This document shows positions 31,466 to 44,969 of a stretch of DNA of 55,815 nt, one piece after another. The DNA lies in contig JBILRA010000001.1 of NCBI GenBank assembly GCA_044372915.1, positions 1 through 55,815 on the forward strand, written 5' to 3'. Every line of letters starts with the position of its first letter. Positions within the stretch are counted from its first letter, which is position 1. Under the pieces are notes generated by a model. The model ran no database searches. It was not told the origin of the DNA and saw only the letters and a program-made list of their open reading frames with translations. Source of the stretch: Candidatus Planktophila sp. GTDB taxonomy: Bacteria > Actinomycetota > Actinomycetes > Nanopelagicales > Nanopelagicaceae. The position numbers and the translations under genes are program-made.

Positions 31466-32368
31466 CTACCCCTTAACTCCTGCAAATGTTCTCGCAGATT
31501 CGAGATCATCTGGAGATTTGAGTGCATGTGTTGCAATACCTGGTGTTCCGCGCTTAAGTAGCCCGACGAGTGTTCCAGCCGGTGCTATCTCGATTGCGTG
31601 GGTTACACCAATAGATTCCATGGACGACATACATAAATCCCAGCGGACTGGGCTCGCAATCTGTTCAATGATACGGTCAAGAATTCTGACACCTGAAAGT
31701 AGAGGCGCACCATCTTTATTTGAAAGCAGTCCGATCATTGAATCCTTTACAGCAATGTCGGCGGCAAATGCTTTAACCGCATCAAGTGCTGGTCTCATGA
31801 AATCTGTATGAAAAGCACCAGAGACTTGCAACGCTCGCACTCGTGCACCTTCTATCGCTAAAGTGGAGAGTGCTTGCAGGCTTCCCGCAGCAACAATCTG
31901 TCCACCACCATTGTCATTTGCTGCAACAAGACCAGCATCTGCAATTGTTTGGAGTACATCTTCACGCACTCCACCTAGCACCGCGCTCATCCCTGATTCG
32001 CTTCCGTGAGCAGCCTTTGCCATCTCTACACCGCGAATTCGAACAAGTCGTAGCGCATCTACTTCAGAGAAGACACCAGCTAAAGCAGCCGCAGTTATTT
32101 CACCCACTGAATGCCCAGCCATAAATGAAACTGCATTACCTACACCAAGGTCTTTAGCGCTTAGTAATCCTGCGGCAACAATAAGCGGTTGAGCATTTGC
32201 GGTATCGCGAATCTCTTCGGCATCAGCTTGGGTTCCAAGGTGAATCAAATCAAGATCAATTGCCTGCGACCATGAAGCAAGAAGGTTGCGTGAATCAGGG
32301 TTTGTTATCCAAGGCGTGAGCATTCCTGGAGTTTGAGATCCTTGTCCGGGAGCTATAAGTGCGAGCAC
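31466..32368 (-). CDS. fabD: Malonyl CoA-ACP transacylase
   Basis: PGQGSQ, GHSVG and AFH motifs. Confidence 0.95.
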   Translation of the reverse strand: MLALIAPGQGSQTPGMLTPWITNPDSRNLLASWSQAIDLDLIHLGTQADAEEIRDTANAQPLIVAAGLLSAKDLGVGNAVSFMAGHSVGEITAAALAGVFSEVDALRLVRIRGVEMAKAAHGSESGMSAVLGGVREDVLQTIADAGLVAANDNGGGQIVAAGSLQALSTLAIEGARVRALQVSGAFHTDFMRPALDAVKAFAADIAVKDSMIGLLSNKDGAPLLSGVRILDRIIEQIASPVRWDLCMSSMESIGVTHAIEIAPAGTLVGLLKRGTPGIATHALKSPDDLESARTFAGVKG

Positions 32369-32397
32369 GTCACCATCTTATTTGATGATCGCAATTA

Positions 32398-34518
32398 CTA
32401 CCTAGTACTGCGCGTAACGAGCCACACTTGTGCGCTATGGGCTTGCACCTTAGCTGATGTTCCAGGAAGAGAAATTGTTGGTTCATGTTCTGCCGTAACG
32501 TGCGCAGCATCGAAGATACATCTGAACGAATCTCCCCATTGTTCGTCAGGGAATGTAAAGGTTGTATCGGTGGTTGAAGAGTTGAGAAATAAGAGAAGAC
32601 CACGATGTGATCCCGCATCGATAAAAACGGCAAGTGATCGATTATCACCATCAGTCCAATGTGCATCTGTCATCTCGTGACCTGCCAAGCTAAACCAAGC
32701 GATATCTTTACGCTGGGTACCACGATCAAAAGTTCCTGTGAAAAACTCTGAGGCAACATCTGCCAAATATGTGTTTCGTATACTTGCCAGCATTTCGACG
32801 GCATCACGAATGTCTTTAGACTTGGCATCAAGATCCCAATTCATCGCCCAGCCACCACCGAAAGTTTCAGGGGAATCTGAAATTGACGCCGACATCTGCA
32901 ATGGCATGGAGTACGCATTGTTAGAGCCCATCTGCGATCGACTGACTTCATCGCCCATGGTGATCATTGGAACGCCAGAAGAGAGGAATAGCGTTGCGAG
33001 CATTGATTTTTTAAGGCTTTGTCGGATCGAGAGAATCTCTGGATCATTAGTGGAGCCTTCTACCCCAGCGTTCCACGAACGGTTCTCATGTGAACCGTCG
33101 CGATTTTCCTCACCGTTGGCAAAATTATTTTTATGCGAGTATGAGACAAGATCATGAAGGGTAAATCCATCATGAGCTGTAATAAAGTTTATTGAAGATG
33201 TGGGTCCGCGATAGTAAAAAATGTCACTTGAGCCACTGATGCGTGAGGCAATGTCTGCAACACCTTCGCCGTATCCGCGGGCAATATCTTCTAGCCAGAA
33301 CTGGCGAACGGCATCTCTATATGCATCATTCCATTCGCGAAATGGATGTGGAAAGTCACCGAGTGAGTAGCGAGAGACATCCCAAGGTTCAGCAATCATT
33401 TTGAAATTGCGTAAAACTGAGTCAGATTCAATGGCAGACATGAGAGATGAATTAAAGGCCGAATTGCTCGTATACAGCGCTGTGGCAAGATCAAATCGAA
33501 ACCCATCGACACCAATGACTTCAATCCACCAGCGAAGTGAATCAATAATAAAACGAACATTGTGCGGATTACTAGCAGCAAATGTATTGCCACAGCCAGT
33601 GACATCAATATAGTTACCAGAGCCGTCGTGTCGATAGTACGCCTGATTATCAATGCCTTTGAAGGAGAGAGTCGGTCCTCCAACTCCACCTTCGGCTGTG
33701 TGGTTATAAACCACATCAAGAATCACTTCTATTCCTGCGTTGTGAAGTTGTTCCACTGCCCACTGCAATTCGGTGACAGGGTTATTAGTTGCTGCATATT
33801 CATGATGAGGCGCAGTAAAAGCAATCGGGTTGTATCCCCAATGATTTTTCCTTCCACGCGCCCAAAGAGCTGGCTCACTTGCATATGTGTGAATCGGTAA
33901 AAGTTCGAGTGCTGTAACACCAAGTGACTTCAAGTGTGCGATGGTGCTGGGATGACCTAATCCTTTGTATGTGCCGCGTTCTTCAGCGGGCATCTCATAG
34001 TTTTTTGCGGTCAGACCCTGAACGTGTGCCTCATAAATAATTGTTTTAGCCCAGGAAGTTAGCGGGCGATGAATTTCGCGTGGAGAAAAATCGGTGACAA
34101 CCGAGAGAGGAACAAATGGCGCACTATCGCGATCATCGCGACGTGTGTGATCCCCAGTTCCTAAGCCGTCACTCGCGACGTGGCCGTAAATCTCTGGAAC
34201 ATAGGCAAGCTCACCATCTGTGAGATGGGTATATGGATCCAACAACAATTTTGCCGCGTTAGATCTCATCCCCTGTTCGGGCTCCCATGGGCCATAGATG
34301 CGATATCCATAACGCTGTCCGGCTCGCACGCCAGCAAGATAGCCATGCCAAATAGGGCCGTTGCGATGAGAGAGAGCAAACCTGGTCTCTACCCACTTCC
34401 CGTTGACCTCATTAAAGAGGCATAGTTCGACGGCATCGGCAGCATTGCTCCAGATGGCGAAGTTGGTCCCACCATCTGTGACGGTAGCTCCAAGCGTGCG
34501 GGGATCTGCTGGCAACAT
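32398..34518 (-). CDS. glgX: Glycogen debranching enzyme (GH13)
   Basis: WGYN, DVVYNH, DGFRFDLA, AEPWD and AHDGFTL motifs. Confidence 0.93.
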   Translation of the reverse strand: MLPADPRTLGATVTDGGTNFAIWSNAADAVELCLFNEVNGKWVETRFALSHRNGPIWHGYLAGVRAGQRYGYRIYGPWEPEQGMRSNAAKLLLDPYTHLTDGELAYVPEIYGHVASDGLGTGDHTRRDDRDSAPFVPLSVVTDFSPREIHRPLTSWAKTIIYEAHVQGLTAKNYEMPAEERGTYKGLGHPSTIAHLKSLGVTALELLPIHTYASEPALWARGRKNHWGYNPIAFTAPHHEYAATNNPVTELQWAVEQLHNAGIEVILDVVYNHTAEGGVGGPTLSFKGIDNQAYYRHDGSGNYIDVTGCGNTFAASNPHNVRFIIDSLRWWIEVIGVDGFRFDLATALYTSNSAFNSSLMSAIESDSVLRNFKMIAEPWDVSRYSLGDFPHPFREWNDAYRDAVRQFWLEDIARGYGEGVADIASRISGSSDIFYYRGPTSSINFITAHDGFTLHDLVSYSHKNNFANGEENRDGSHENRSWNAGVEGSTNDPEILSIRQSLKKSMLATLFLSSGVPMITMGDEVSRSQMGSNNAYSMPLQMSASISDSPETFGGGWAMNWDLDAKSKDIRDAVEMLASIRNTYLADVASEFFTGTFDRGTQRKDIAWFSLAGHEMTDAHWTDGDNRSLAVFIDAGSHRGLLLFLNSSTTDTTFTFPDEQWGDSFRCIFDAAHVTAEHEPTISLPGTSAKVQAHSAQVWLVTRSTR

Positions 34519-34580
34519 GAGGGGTATCTTGCCCTGTTTTCAGATTGTGAATCGTGCTACTGATCAGTAACCTTTGGCCC

Positions 34581-35366
34581 ATGAAGATTGCCGTCTGCGT
34601 AAAGCAAGTTCCAGATTCTTGGGCTGAGAAGAAAATGATTGATTCACGCCTTGATCGCGAAGGCGTCGATGCAGTTCTAAATGATCTTGATGAATATGCA
34701 GTCGAGGAAGCACTTCGCATCGTCGAAGCGCATGGCGGCAATGAAGAAGGCGGCCCGCACACAATCACCATCATCACCATGGGGCCAGAACGTGCAACCG
34801 AAGCAATTCGCAAGGCACTTTCGATGGGTGCAAATGATGCCATTCTGATTTCAGATAGCGCACTTGCTGGTTCTGATGCACTTGCAACATCGGCAGTTCT
34901 TGCAAAGACGATTGCAGATGGTGGCTTTGATCTTGTGATCTGTGGAACCGAATCGACAGATGCTCGAATGAGCGTTATCCCTGCCATGCTTTCTGCGCGA
35001 TTGGGATGGGCGCAGATGACCTTTGCGAGCAAGGTCGAAGTTGATCCTGGCGCGGCAATTATTTCAATCACACGCGTCACTGAAGCCGGTGTTGATCACA
35101 TCAAAGCATCACTTCCTGCAGTTGTCAGTGTTGTTGAAAAGATTAATGAACCTCGCTATCCATCATTTAAAGGAATCATGGCAGCGAAGAAAAAGACAAT
35201 TGAAACTCGTGATCTTGCAACCATTGGAGTGAGTCCAGTGAGTGCATGGTCTGAAGTGAAGGATGCAGCACTTCGCCCAGCACGCAGCGCAGGTGTGATC
35301 GTTACCGATAGCGGTGAGGGTGGAAGCGCACTCGCAACATTCCTAGCAGAAAAGAAGTTGATATGA
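34581..35366 (+). CDS. etfB: Electron transfer flavoprotein beta subunit
   Basis: MKIAVCVKQVPD and NEPRYPS; start at ATG 34581 (TAACCT-N7). Confidence 0.93.
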   Translation: MKIAVCVKQVPDSWAEKKMIDSRLDREGVDAVLNDLDEYAVEEALRIVEAHGGNEEGGPHTITIITMGPERATEAIRKALSMGANDAILISDSALAGSDALATSAVLAKTIADGGFDLVICGTESTDARMSVIPAMLSARLGWAQMTFASKVEVDPGAAIISITRVTEAGVDHIKASLPAVVSVVEKINEPRYPSFKGIMAAKKKTIETRDLATIGVSPVSAWSEVKDAALRPARSAGVIVTDSGEGGSALATFLAEKKLI

Positions 35367-36316
35367 GCACAGTAATTATCCTTGCCGATTTTCAAGGTGG
35401 AGCAGCGACGAAAACCACCGCAGAGCTTGCAACAGTGGGCGCTCGCATGGGCGATGTATGTGCAGTGGTTTTAGCGCCTGTTGGACAAGGTGCAGCACTC
35501 GCTGCAACAGTGAAACAGGGACCTATCACTTCGATTGCAATTGTTGAAGCAAATGATTTCGCAGAACATGGCGTGGCAGCAGTGGCCGATGCGCTATCCC
35601 ATGTCGCTAAGGCAAAGAGCGCTGTTGCTATCTTGGTTGCATCGCATGCTTTTGGAAAAGAGGTAGCGGGGCGCGTTGCTATCACACTGGAATCAGGAAT
35701 CATCACCGATGCCGTCGATGTAGCAGGAGATATGGTTGCAACTCAACTTGTATTTGGTGGATCCACAACGGTGCATTCAACCGTTACCCACGGGATTCCA
35801 GTGATTACACTTCGCCCAAATTCAGTTGAAGCAGATCTGAGTGTTTCTTCTGCACCTACCGAAAACGTTTCAGTGACAATTTCAGAAAACTCAAAGAAGT
35901 CATTGATCACATCGACAGAGCCTCCAGTAAAAGGTGGTCGTCCAGAACTTACCGAAGCATCGATTGTTGTTTCAGGTGGGCGTGGTACCAATGGTGACTT
36001 TGCAGCCGTTGAAGGTTTTGCAGATTTGTTAGGCGCTGCAGTTGGTGCATCTCGAGCTGCAACAGATGCCGGTTGGTACCCACATTCACATCAGGTGGGA
36101 CAGACCGGAAAAACTGTGAGCCCACAGCTCTACGTTGCATGCGGAATTTCAGGTGCAATTCAACACCGCGCAGGTATGCAGACCTCGAAGACAATCGTGG
36201 TCGTCAACAAGGATCCAGAAGCGCCGCTCTTTGAAATCTGCGACTTTGGCGTCGTTGGTGATCTCTTTGCAGTATTGCCTCAGGCAACTACAGCAGTAGC
36301 TGCAGCAAAGGCATAA
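35363..36316 (+). CDS. etfA: Electron transfer flavoprotein alpha subunit
   Basis: VSGGRG, QVGQTGK and GISGAIQH motifs. Confidence 0.93.
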   Translation: MSTVIILADFQGGAATKTTAELATVGARMGDVCAVVLAPVGQGAALAATVKQGPITSIAIVEANDFAEHGVAAVADALSHVAKAKSAVAILVASHAFGKEVAGRVAITLESGIITDAVDVAGDMVATQLVFGGSTTVHSTVTHGIPVITLRPNSVEADLSVSSAPTENVSVTISENSKKSLITSTEPPVKGGRPELTEASIVVSGGRGTNGDFAAVEGFADLLGAAVGASRAATDAGWYPHSHQVGQTGKTVSPQLYVACGISGAIQHRAGMQTSKTIVVVNKDPEAPLFEICDFGVVGDLFAVLPQATTAVAAAKA

Positions 36317-36343
36317 ATACCACTCTGGCCTAGACTTAGGGCC

Positions 36344-37476
36344 ATGAGCATCTACCTCGATCATGCGGCTACAACGCCGATGATTGAGCCTGCCATCGAT
36401 GCAATGGAACGCGCACTTCGAAAAATTGGAAACCCTTCTAGTCTTCATACCGATGGGCGTGCAACTCGCAAAGATGTAGAAGAGGCGCGAGAAGTAATTG
36501 CACAATCATTGGGCTGTCAGGCAAGTGAAGTGATCTTTACCGGATCTGGAACCGAGGCGAATAACTCTGCCATTAAGGGATTGTTCTGGAGCGCCCCTGA
36601 TAAAAATCTCATTGTTGTGAGTGCTATTGAACATCACGCAGTACTTGATCCAGCACATTGGCTGGTCGAACATGAAGGTGCCGAATTAATTGAAATTCCT
36701 GTCACGGATTCAGGCGTTATTGATTGTGAATTCCTTAAGGATCTGGTTGCAAAGCGCGGTAATGAGATTGCGCTGATCTCAGTAATGAGTGCCAATAATG
36801 AAACCGGTGTCATTCAGCCCATCTCAACTGTGGTCGAGATTGCGGGCTCGATTCCGGTCCATACAGATGCTGTACAAAGTTTTATGAAGGTACCGCTGAA
36901 CTTTGCAGACCTTGGTCTCTTTGCAATGACAATCAGCGCTCACAAGGTAGGTGGCCCACTTGGAATCGGTGCACTTATCTTGCGAAAAGCATTTGAGATG
37001 CCAGCCTTGTTACATGGCGGGGGACAAGAGCGCGAGATTCGAAGCGGCACACTTAATGCGCCATCGATTGTGGCTTTTGCTGCTGCAGTAAGTGCAAACA
37101 CCTATAACGCGAAAACTGTAGAAAAATTGCGCGAAAAGTTTGAAATTGGGATTGGCGCGGTTGCACCACATGCGTGCGTCAATGGGCAGAGTGCTCAGCG
37201 ACTTCCAGGAATTTCCAACGTTACATTTCCAGGTACACAAGCAGATTTCCTTCTCTTGCTTATGGATGGCAAGAAGGTCTCATGTTCAACTGGGGCAGCC
37301 TGTACCGCAGGCGTGCATCGCCCTAGCCATGTCCTTATGGCGATGGGCCATGACGAAATCGGTGCGACATCCTCACTTCGCTTCTCACTTGGAGCAAATA
37401 CAACGGAAGAAGATATTGAATACACCTTAAGCGTGATTCCGGAAGTGATCGAAATGGCAAAGGCGGCGAACTCGTT

Positions 37477-37480
<4 letters not shown>
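36344..37480 (+). CDS. iscS: Cysteine desulfurase (IscS/NifS-like)
   Basis: YLDHAATT, SAHK and GAAC motifs; coupled to mnmA. Confidence 0.9.
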
Positions 37481-40574
<3,094 letters not shown>

Positions 40575-40586
40575 TAGGATTTGAGT

Positions 40587-40706
40587 ATGAGAAATGTTGC
40601 CAGCGAAATTACTCGCGAACTCCCTACTGACCCACTAGTTTTTGGCCTCTTCACCTTCGGTGTCTTTGTTGTTCTTCTCTACCTTGTACTTCGCCTAGAT
40701 AAGTAA
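40587..40706 (+). CDS. Small (39 aa) single-TM protein, not in the ORF track
   Basis: MRNVASEITRELPTDPLVFGLFTFGVFVVLLYLVLRLDK*; TAGGAT-N6-ATG; fills the ligA-nadD gap. Confidence 0.7.
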   Translation: MRNVASEITRELPTDPLVFGLFTFGVFVVLLYLVLRLDK

Positions 40707-40711
40707 TTCTT

Positions 40712-41263
40712 TTGGCGAGGCTTGGTCTCTATGGCGGGACGTTCGATCCCATCCACATAGGTCACATGCATGTAATCACACAGATTCTGCGACGAGATGT
40801 TGTTGATCGCGTCATTCTCTTTCCGGCAGGCCAACCACGACTTCGCCATAATGATCCTGTAGCAACTGGGGCTCAACGACGAGCAATGTGCGAAGCAGCC
40901 GTCACTGATTTACCGGAAGACATTTCATCACGCGTTGAAGTCAACCCAATAGAAATCCTGCGGGATGGTCCGACGTACACAATTGATACCGTTGAAGCAG
41001 TTGCACAAACATATCCTGATGATTCACTTCACTTAATAATCGGCAGTGATGCCTATGCAAAGTTAGATCAATGGCACCGTATTGAAGATTTGAAGAATCT
41101 CGTCACATTTATCATTATCGAACGGCCGGGCTCAGAGAGTGAGGTTGGGCTAGATATTTCAGCCCTAGATATCGCCTCAACTGGCATTCGCGAAGGATCT
41201 TCGAGAGAGTACTCACCTTCAGTAGCCCACTTCATTAAGGAGCACCACTTATATGGCAGCTAG
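40712..41263 (+). CDS. nadD: Nicotinate-nucleotide adenylyltransferase
   Basis: GGTFDPIHIGH, TYTIDT, IGSD and IAST.IR motifs. Confidence 0.92.
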   Translation: MARLGLYGGTFDPIHIGHMHVITQILRRDVVDRVILFPAGQPRLRHNDPVATGAQRRAMCEAAVTDLPEDISSRVEVNPIEILRDGPTYTIDTVEAVAQTYPDDSLHLIIGSDAYAKLDQWHRIEDLKNLVTFIIIERPGSESEVGLDISALDIASTGIREGSSREYSPSVAHFIKEHHLYGS

Positions 41264-41630
41264 CCAGAGCGCAATTACTATTACTCAGATCGCAGCTCGC
41301 GCAGCAGCAGATAAGTTAGCAACCGAGATGGTTGCGCTAGATCTCTCCGATCAATTAGTTCTCAGTGAAGTCTTTCTCATCGTTACCGGTGCAAATCTTC
41401 GCCAGGTCGATTCAATCGCTGATGAGATTGAGGAGAAACTTCGCCTAGTTGGGGAGAAACCAGCTCGTCGCGAAGGTAGCGAAGAATGGATTCTTTTGGA
41501 CTACTCAGATCTAGTTGTACATATTCAAAGTAGCGAACTCCGCAAGTACTACATGCTTGATCGCTTGTGGAATGACTGTCCTAAGATCGAATTGGAGATA
41601 GTAAAAGAGATGGTTGCAGATGGCAGGTAA
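41253..41630 (+). CDS. rsfS: Ribosome silencing factor
   Basis: RREG…WILLDY.DLVVHI…YY.LDRLW motif. Confidence 0.93.
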   Translation: MAASQSAITITQIAARAAADKLATEMVALDLSDQLVLSEVFLIVTGANLRQVDSIADEIEEKLRLVGEKPARREGSEEWILLDYSDLVVHIQSSELRKYYMLDRLWNDCPKIELEIVKEMVADGR

Positions 41631-42273
41631 TCGGATCCTTCTTTGGCGACATGGCCAAACCGATTGGAACGTTGCAAATCGATTTCAGGGACATTCAGAT
41701 ATTGCATTGAACGCACTAGGTCTTTATCAGGCAAAGCACGCCGCAGAGATTTTGGCAGGGATGGAGCCTACTGCGATTTTTTCGAGTGATCTAGATCGTG
41801 CCCGTACTACTGCACAGTCACTTGCCGACATCGTTAATGTAGAGGTCACAGTCGATGCCCGCTTGCGTGAAACCAATGGCGGAAATTGGGAAGGTAAGAC
41901 AGGAGCACAGAATCGCGAAGAAGATTTTGAAAATTTCGTTAAATGGATTGACGGTCAAGATAATCCAGCGGGCATCATTGGTGAGCGCCGAAGCGAGGTC
42001 GCATCACGTGCCCGCGCAGCAATTACAGAAGCGCTAGGTGAAAAATCAGATCAGTTAATTGTCTTTACAACTCACGGCGGAACTGCACGTTGCGTACTTG
42101 GTGATTTCTTGGAACTTCCTTTGACGCACTGGGCCAAGATCGGCGGTCTCTCCAATGCCTCATGGTCAATTCTGGCGCAGAGTCCAAATAAGGGTTGGTA
42201 CCTTGAAGAACATAACGCCGGAAGCATCCCTGAAGAACTTTTAGGCGTTGAATCGGGATCGACTACAAATTAA
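41620..42273 (+). CDS. Histidine phosphatase family protein
   Basis: RHGQT, SSDL.RA, LRE and THGG motifs. Confidence 0.88.
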   Translation: MAGNRILLWRHGQTDWNVANRFQGHSDIALNALGLYQAKHAAEILAGMEPTAIFSSDLDRARTTAQSLADIVNVEVTVDARLRETNGGNWEGKTGAQNREEDFENFVKWIDGQDNPAGIIGERRSEVASRARAAITEALGEKSDQLIVFTTHGGTARCVLGDFLELPLTHWAKIGGLSNASWSILAQSPNKGWYLEEHNAGSIPEELLGVESGSTTN

Positions 42274-42316
42274 TTTCGTCTGATCAACACCGTTGATATA
42301 GGGTGTGCAACAACAC

Positions 42317-42389
42317 GGGGCTATGGCGCAGCTGGTAGCGCACCTGCATGGCATGCAGGGGGTCAGGGGTTCAAATCCCCTTAGCTCCA
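42317..42389 (+). tRNA. tRNA-Ala(GGC)
   Basis: GGGGCTA/TAGCTCC acceptor with G3-U70, anticodon arm CCTGC-ATGGCAT-GCAGG. Confidence 0.95.
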
Positions 42390-42437
42390 CAAATTTTATG
42401 AACTATTTTGATCAATGAACCAAGGTAAGATTCAACA

Positions 42438-44912
42438 ATGACCACAGAACCGCGCGAGCATGCAGCCTATGATTTCGCGTACGTTCAAGATAAATGGCTC
42501 CCAATCTGGGACACGCTAGAACCATTCAAATCTGGTCGCACTGATGATGCACGCCCCAAGAAGTATGTCTTGGATATGTTCCCGTACCCATCTGGTGATC
42601 TACACATGGGTCATGCCGAGGCGTATGCCCTCGGTGATGTAATCGCTCGATACTGGATTCAGCGTGGATATAACGTGATGCATCCAATTGGTTGGGATGC
42701 ATTCGGCTTACCTGCAGAGAATGCGGCAATTAAGCGCAATGAAGATCCACGCATCTGGACATATGAAAACATTGCAACGCAGAAAGCTTCTATGCGCCGC
42801 TATGCATGTTCATTTGATTGGGATCGCGTCTTTAACACCTGTGATCCTGAGTACTACAAGTGGAACCAGTGGCTTTTTATCGAACTACACAAGCGCGGCC
42901 TTGCATATCGTAAAGATTCTGCCGTGAACTGGTGCCCTGGATGCCAAACAGTTCTAGCTAACGAACAAGTAGTTGCCGGACTCTGCGAGCGATGCGATTC
43001 GGCCGTTACCAAGAAAAAGCTCAACCAGTGGTATTTCAAGATTACAGATTACGCAGATCGATTACTCGATGACATGCAACAGCTTGAAGGACAATGGCCA
43101 GATAAAGTCTTAACGATGCAGCGCAACTGGATCGGCCGCTCTGAAGGTGGCAACGTTAAGTTTGCAGTTGAAGGTCGCGAAGAACCGCTTTCGATTTATA
43201 CGACTCGTTTAGACACTCTTCATGGTGCAACATTTATGGTCGTTGCCGCTGACTCTACTCTTGCTGCAGAGCTCGCAGCAGGTGGGCCAGTTGAAAAAGA
43301 ATTTAACGAATATCTCGACACTATTAAAGCGGCATCAGATATTGATCGCCTTGCAACTGATCGTCCCAAAACAGGAGTCGATTTAAAGCGCTTTGCTATC
43401 AATCCAGTTAACGGTGAGAAGCTACCAATCTGGGCGTCAGATTATGTACTCGCTGATTACGGAACAGGTTTCATCATGGCCTGTCCTGCTCACGATCAGC
43501 GTGACTTAGATTTCGCCAAAGCAATGGGATTACCTGTGCGTATCGTTGTGCAGACAGATGAAGAAGATCCTTCAGTTTCCGGAGTTGCTGCACTCAAAGA
43601 AGGAACTATGGTTAATTCTGGTTCTCTCAATGGACTTAATAAAGATGACGCGACAGATAAAGTCTTAGGCGAGCTTGAAGCAAAAGGCTTGGGAAATCGA
43701 GCACGAAATTACCGTCTTCGCGACTGGCTTGTTTCACGCCAGCGTTACTGGGGCACACCTATTCCTATCGTTCACTGCGGCAAGTGTGGCGAAGTCGCTG
43801 TCCCGGCAGATCAATTGCCACTCACGCTTCCTGATGCAAAGGGCCTTGATCTCAAACCAAAAGGCCAATCACCTTTGGCTGCAGCAACCGATTGGGTCAA
43901 TACCAAATGCCCAACATGTGGCGGTCCAGCACTTCGCGATACAGACACCATGGATACCTTCGTTGATTCATCCTGGTACTTCTTGCGTTATCCGTCTTCT
44001 ACAAACCACAACGAACCATTTAGCCGTAAAGATATAGACACCTGGTTGCCTGTAGATCAATACGTTGGCGGAGTGACACACGCAATCCTGCACCTTCTCT
44101 ACTCACGCTTTTTCACCAAGGTCTTGCACGATATTGGAATGCTCGGATTTAACGAACCATTCACGCGTCTACTCAATCAGGGAATGGTTGTGATGGATGG
44201 CTCTGCAATGTCGAAATCTCGCGGCAACTTGGTACGTCTTTCAGATGAATTAGAAAACCATGGCGTAGATGCCATTCGCCTTTCGATGGTCTTTGCCGGT
44301 CCACCAGAAGATGATGTTGATTGGTCTGATGTTTCACCATCTGGATCAGTTAAGTTCTTAACCCGCGCATGGAGACTTTCAGGTGATGTGACAAGTGCTC
44401 CTGGAGTTGATTTCACAAAGGGGGATATCACTTTACGTAAGGCAACGCATAAAGCCTTGCATGATGCATCATTTGCAGTTGAATCATTTAGATTTAACGT
44501 AGCGATTGCTCGTGTAATGGAGCTTGTGAATGCAACACGAAAGGCAATTGATTCTGGGTGCGGCGCGGCAGATCCTGCAGTGCGTGAAGCAACCGAAGCA
44601 ATCGCCATCATGCTCTCACTCGTTGCTCCATTTACATCTGAGGAGATGTGGGAACGTCTTGGACATGAGCCAGCAATCGCACTCGCTGGTTGGCCAACAG
44701 TTGATCCGGCGCTCCTTGTTGCAGACGAAGTTGAAGCGGTCATTCAAATTAACGGCAAGATTAAAGAACGTATTTTAGTTTCACCATCTATTTCAGATAG
44801 CGAACTTGAGGCTGCCGCTCTTGCCCACCCGACGATTGCCGCAGAATTAGCTGGCGCTAGCCCTAAAAAAGTGATCGCTCGCGCCCCTAAATTGGTCAAT
44901 ATCGTTCTGTAA
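42438..44912 (+). CDS. leuS: Leucine--tRNA ligase
   Basis: [27 protein letters not shown] and MSKS motifs. Confidence 0.97.
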   Translation: MTTEPREHAAYDFAYVQDKWLPIWDTLEPFKSGRTDDARPKKYVLDMFPYPSGDLHMGHAEAYALGDVIARYWIQRGYNVMHPIGWDAFGLPAENAAIKRNEDPRIWTYENIATQKASMRRYACSFDWDRVFNTCDPEYYKWNQWLFIELHKRGLAYRKDSAVNWCPGCQTVLANEQVVAGLCERCDSAVTKKKLNQWYFKITDYADRLLDDMQQLEGQWPDKVLTMQRNWIGRSEGGNVKFAVEGREEPLSIYTTRLDTLHGATFMVVAADSTLAAELAAGGPVEKEFNEYLDTIKAASDIDRLATDRPKTGVDLKRFAINPVNGEKLPIWASDYVLADYGTGFIMACPAHDQRDLDFAKAMGLPVRIVVQTDEEDPSVSGVAALKEGTMVNSGSLNGLNKDDATDKVLGELEAKGLGNRARNYRLRDWLVSRQRYWGTPIPIVHCGKCGEVAVPADQLPLTLPDAKGLDLKPKGQSPLAAATDWVNTKCPTCGGPALRDTDTMDTFVDSSWYFLRYPSSTNHNEPFSRKDIDTWLPVDQYVGGVTHAILHLLYSRFFTKVLHDIGMLGFNEPFTRLLNQGMVVMDGSAMSKSRGNLVRLSDELENHGVDAIRLSMVFAGPPEDDVDWSDVSPSGSVKFLTRAWRLSGDVTSAPGVDFTKGDITLRKATHKALHDASFAVESFRFNVAIARVMELVNATRKAIDSGCGAADPAVREATEAIAIMLSLVAPFTSEEMWERLGHEPAIALAGWPTVDPALLVADEVEAVIQINGKIKERILVSPSISDSELEAAALAHPTIAAELAGASPKKVIARAPKLVNIVL

Positions 44913-44969
44913 GCGCTGGTGACCGGTCACGTGTCGAGCGTTGTCGGTTACTCAGAGTAAGTTAGAAGT

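Noticed and set aside
34412-35080. 222-aa antisense ORF over etfB (likewise 31194-31811, 44177-44743, 47951-48475, 39371-40315)
   Set aside because: Shadow frames of well-conserved genes with no recognisable motifs or start signals.
42390-42437. T-box or riboswitch upstream of leuS
   Set aside because: Only 48 nt of space, and TAAGAT-N6-ATG indicates a leaderless start.
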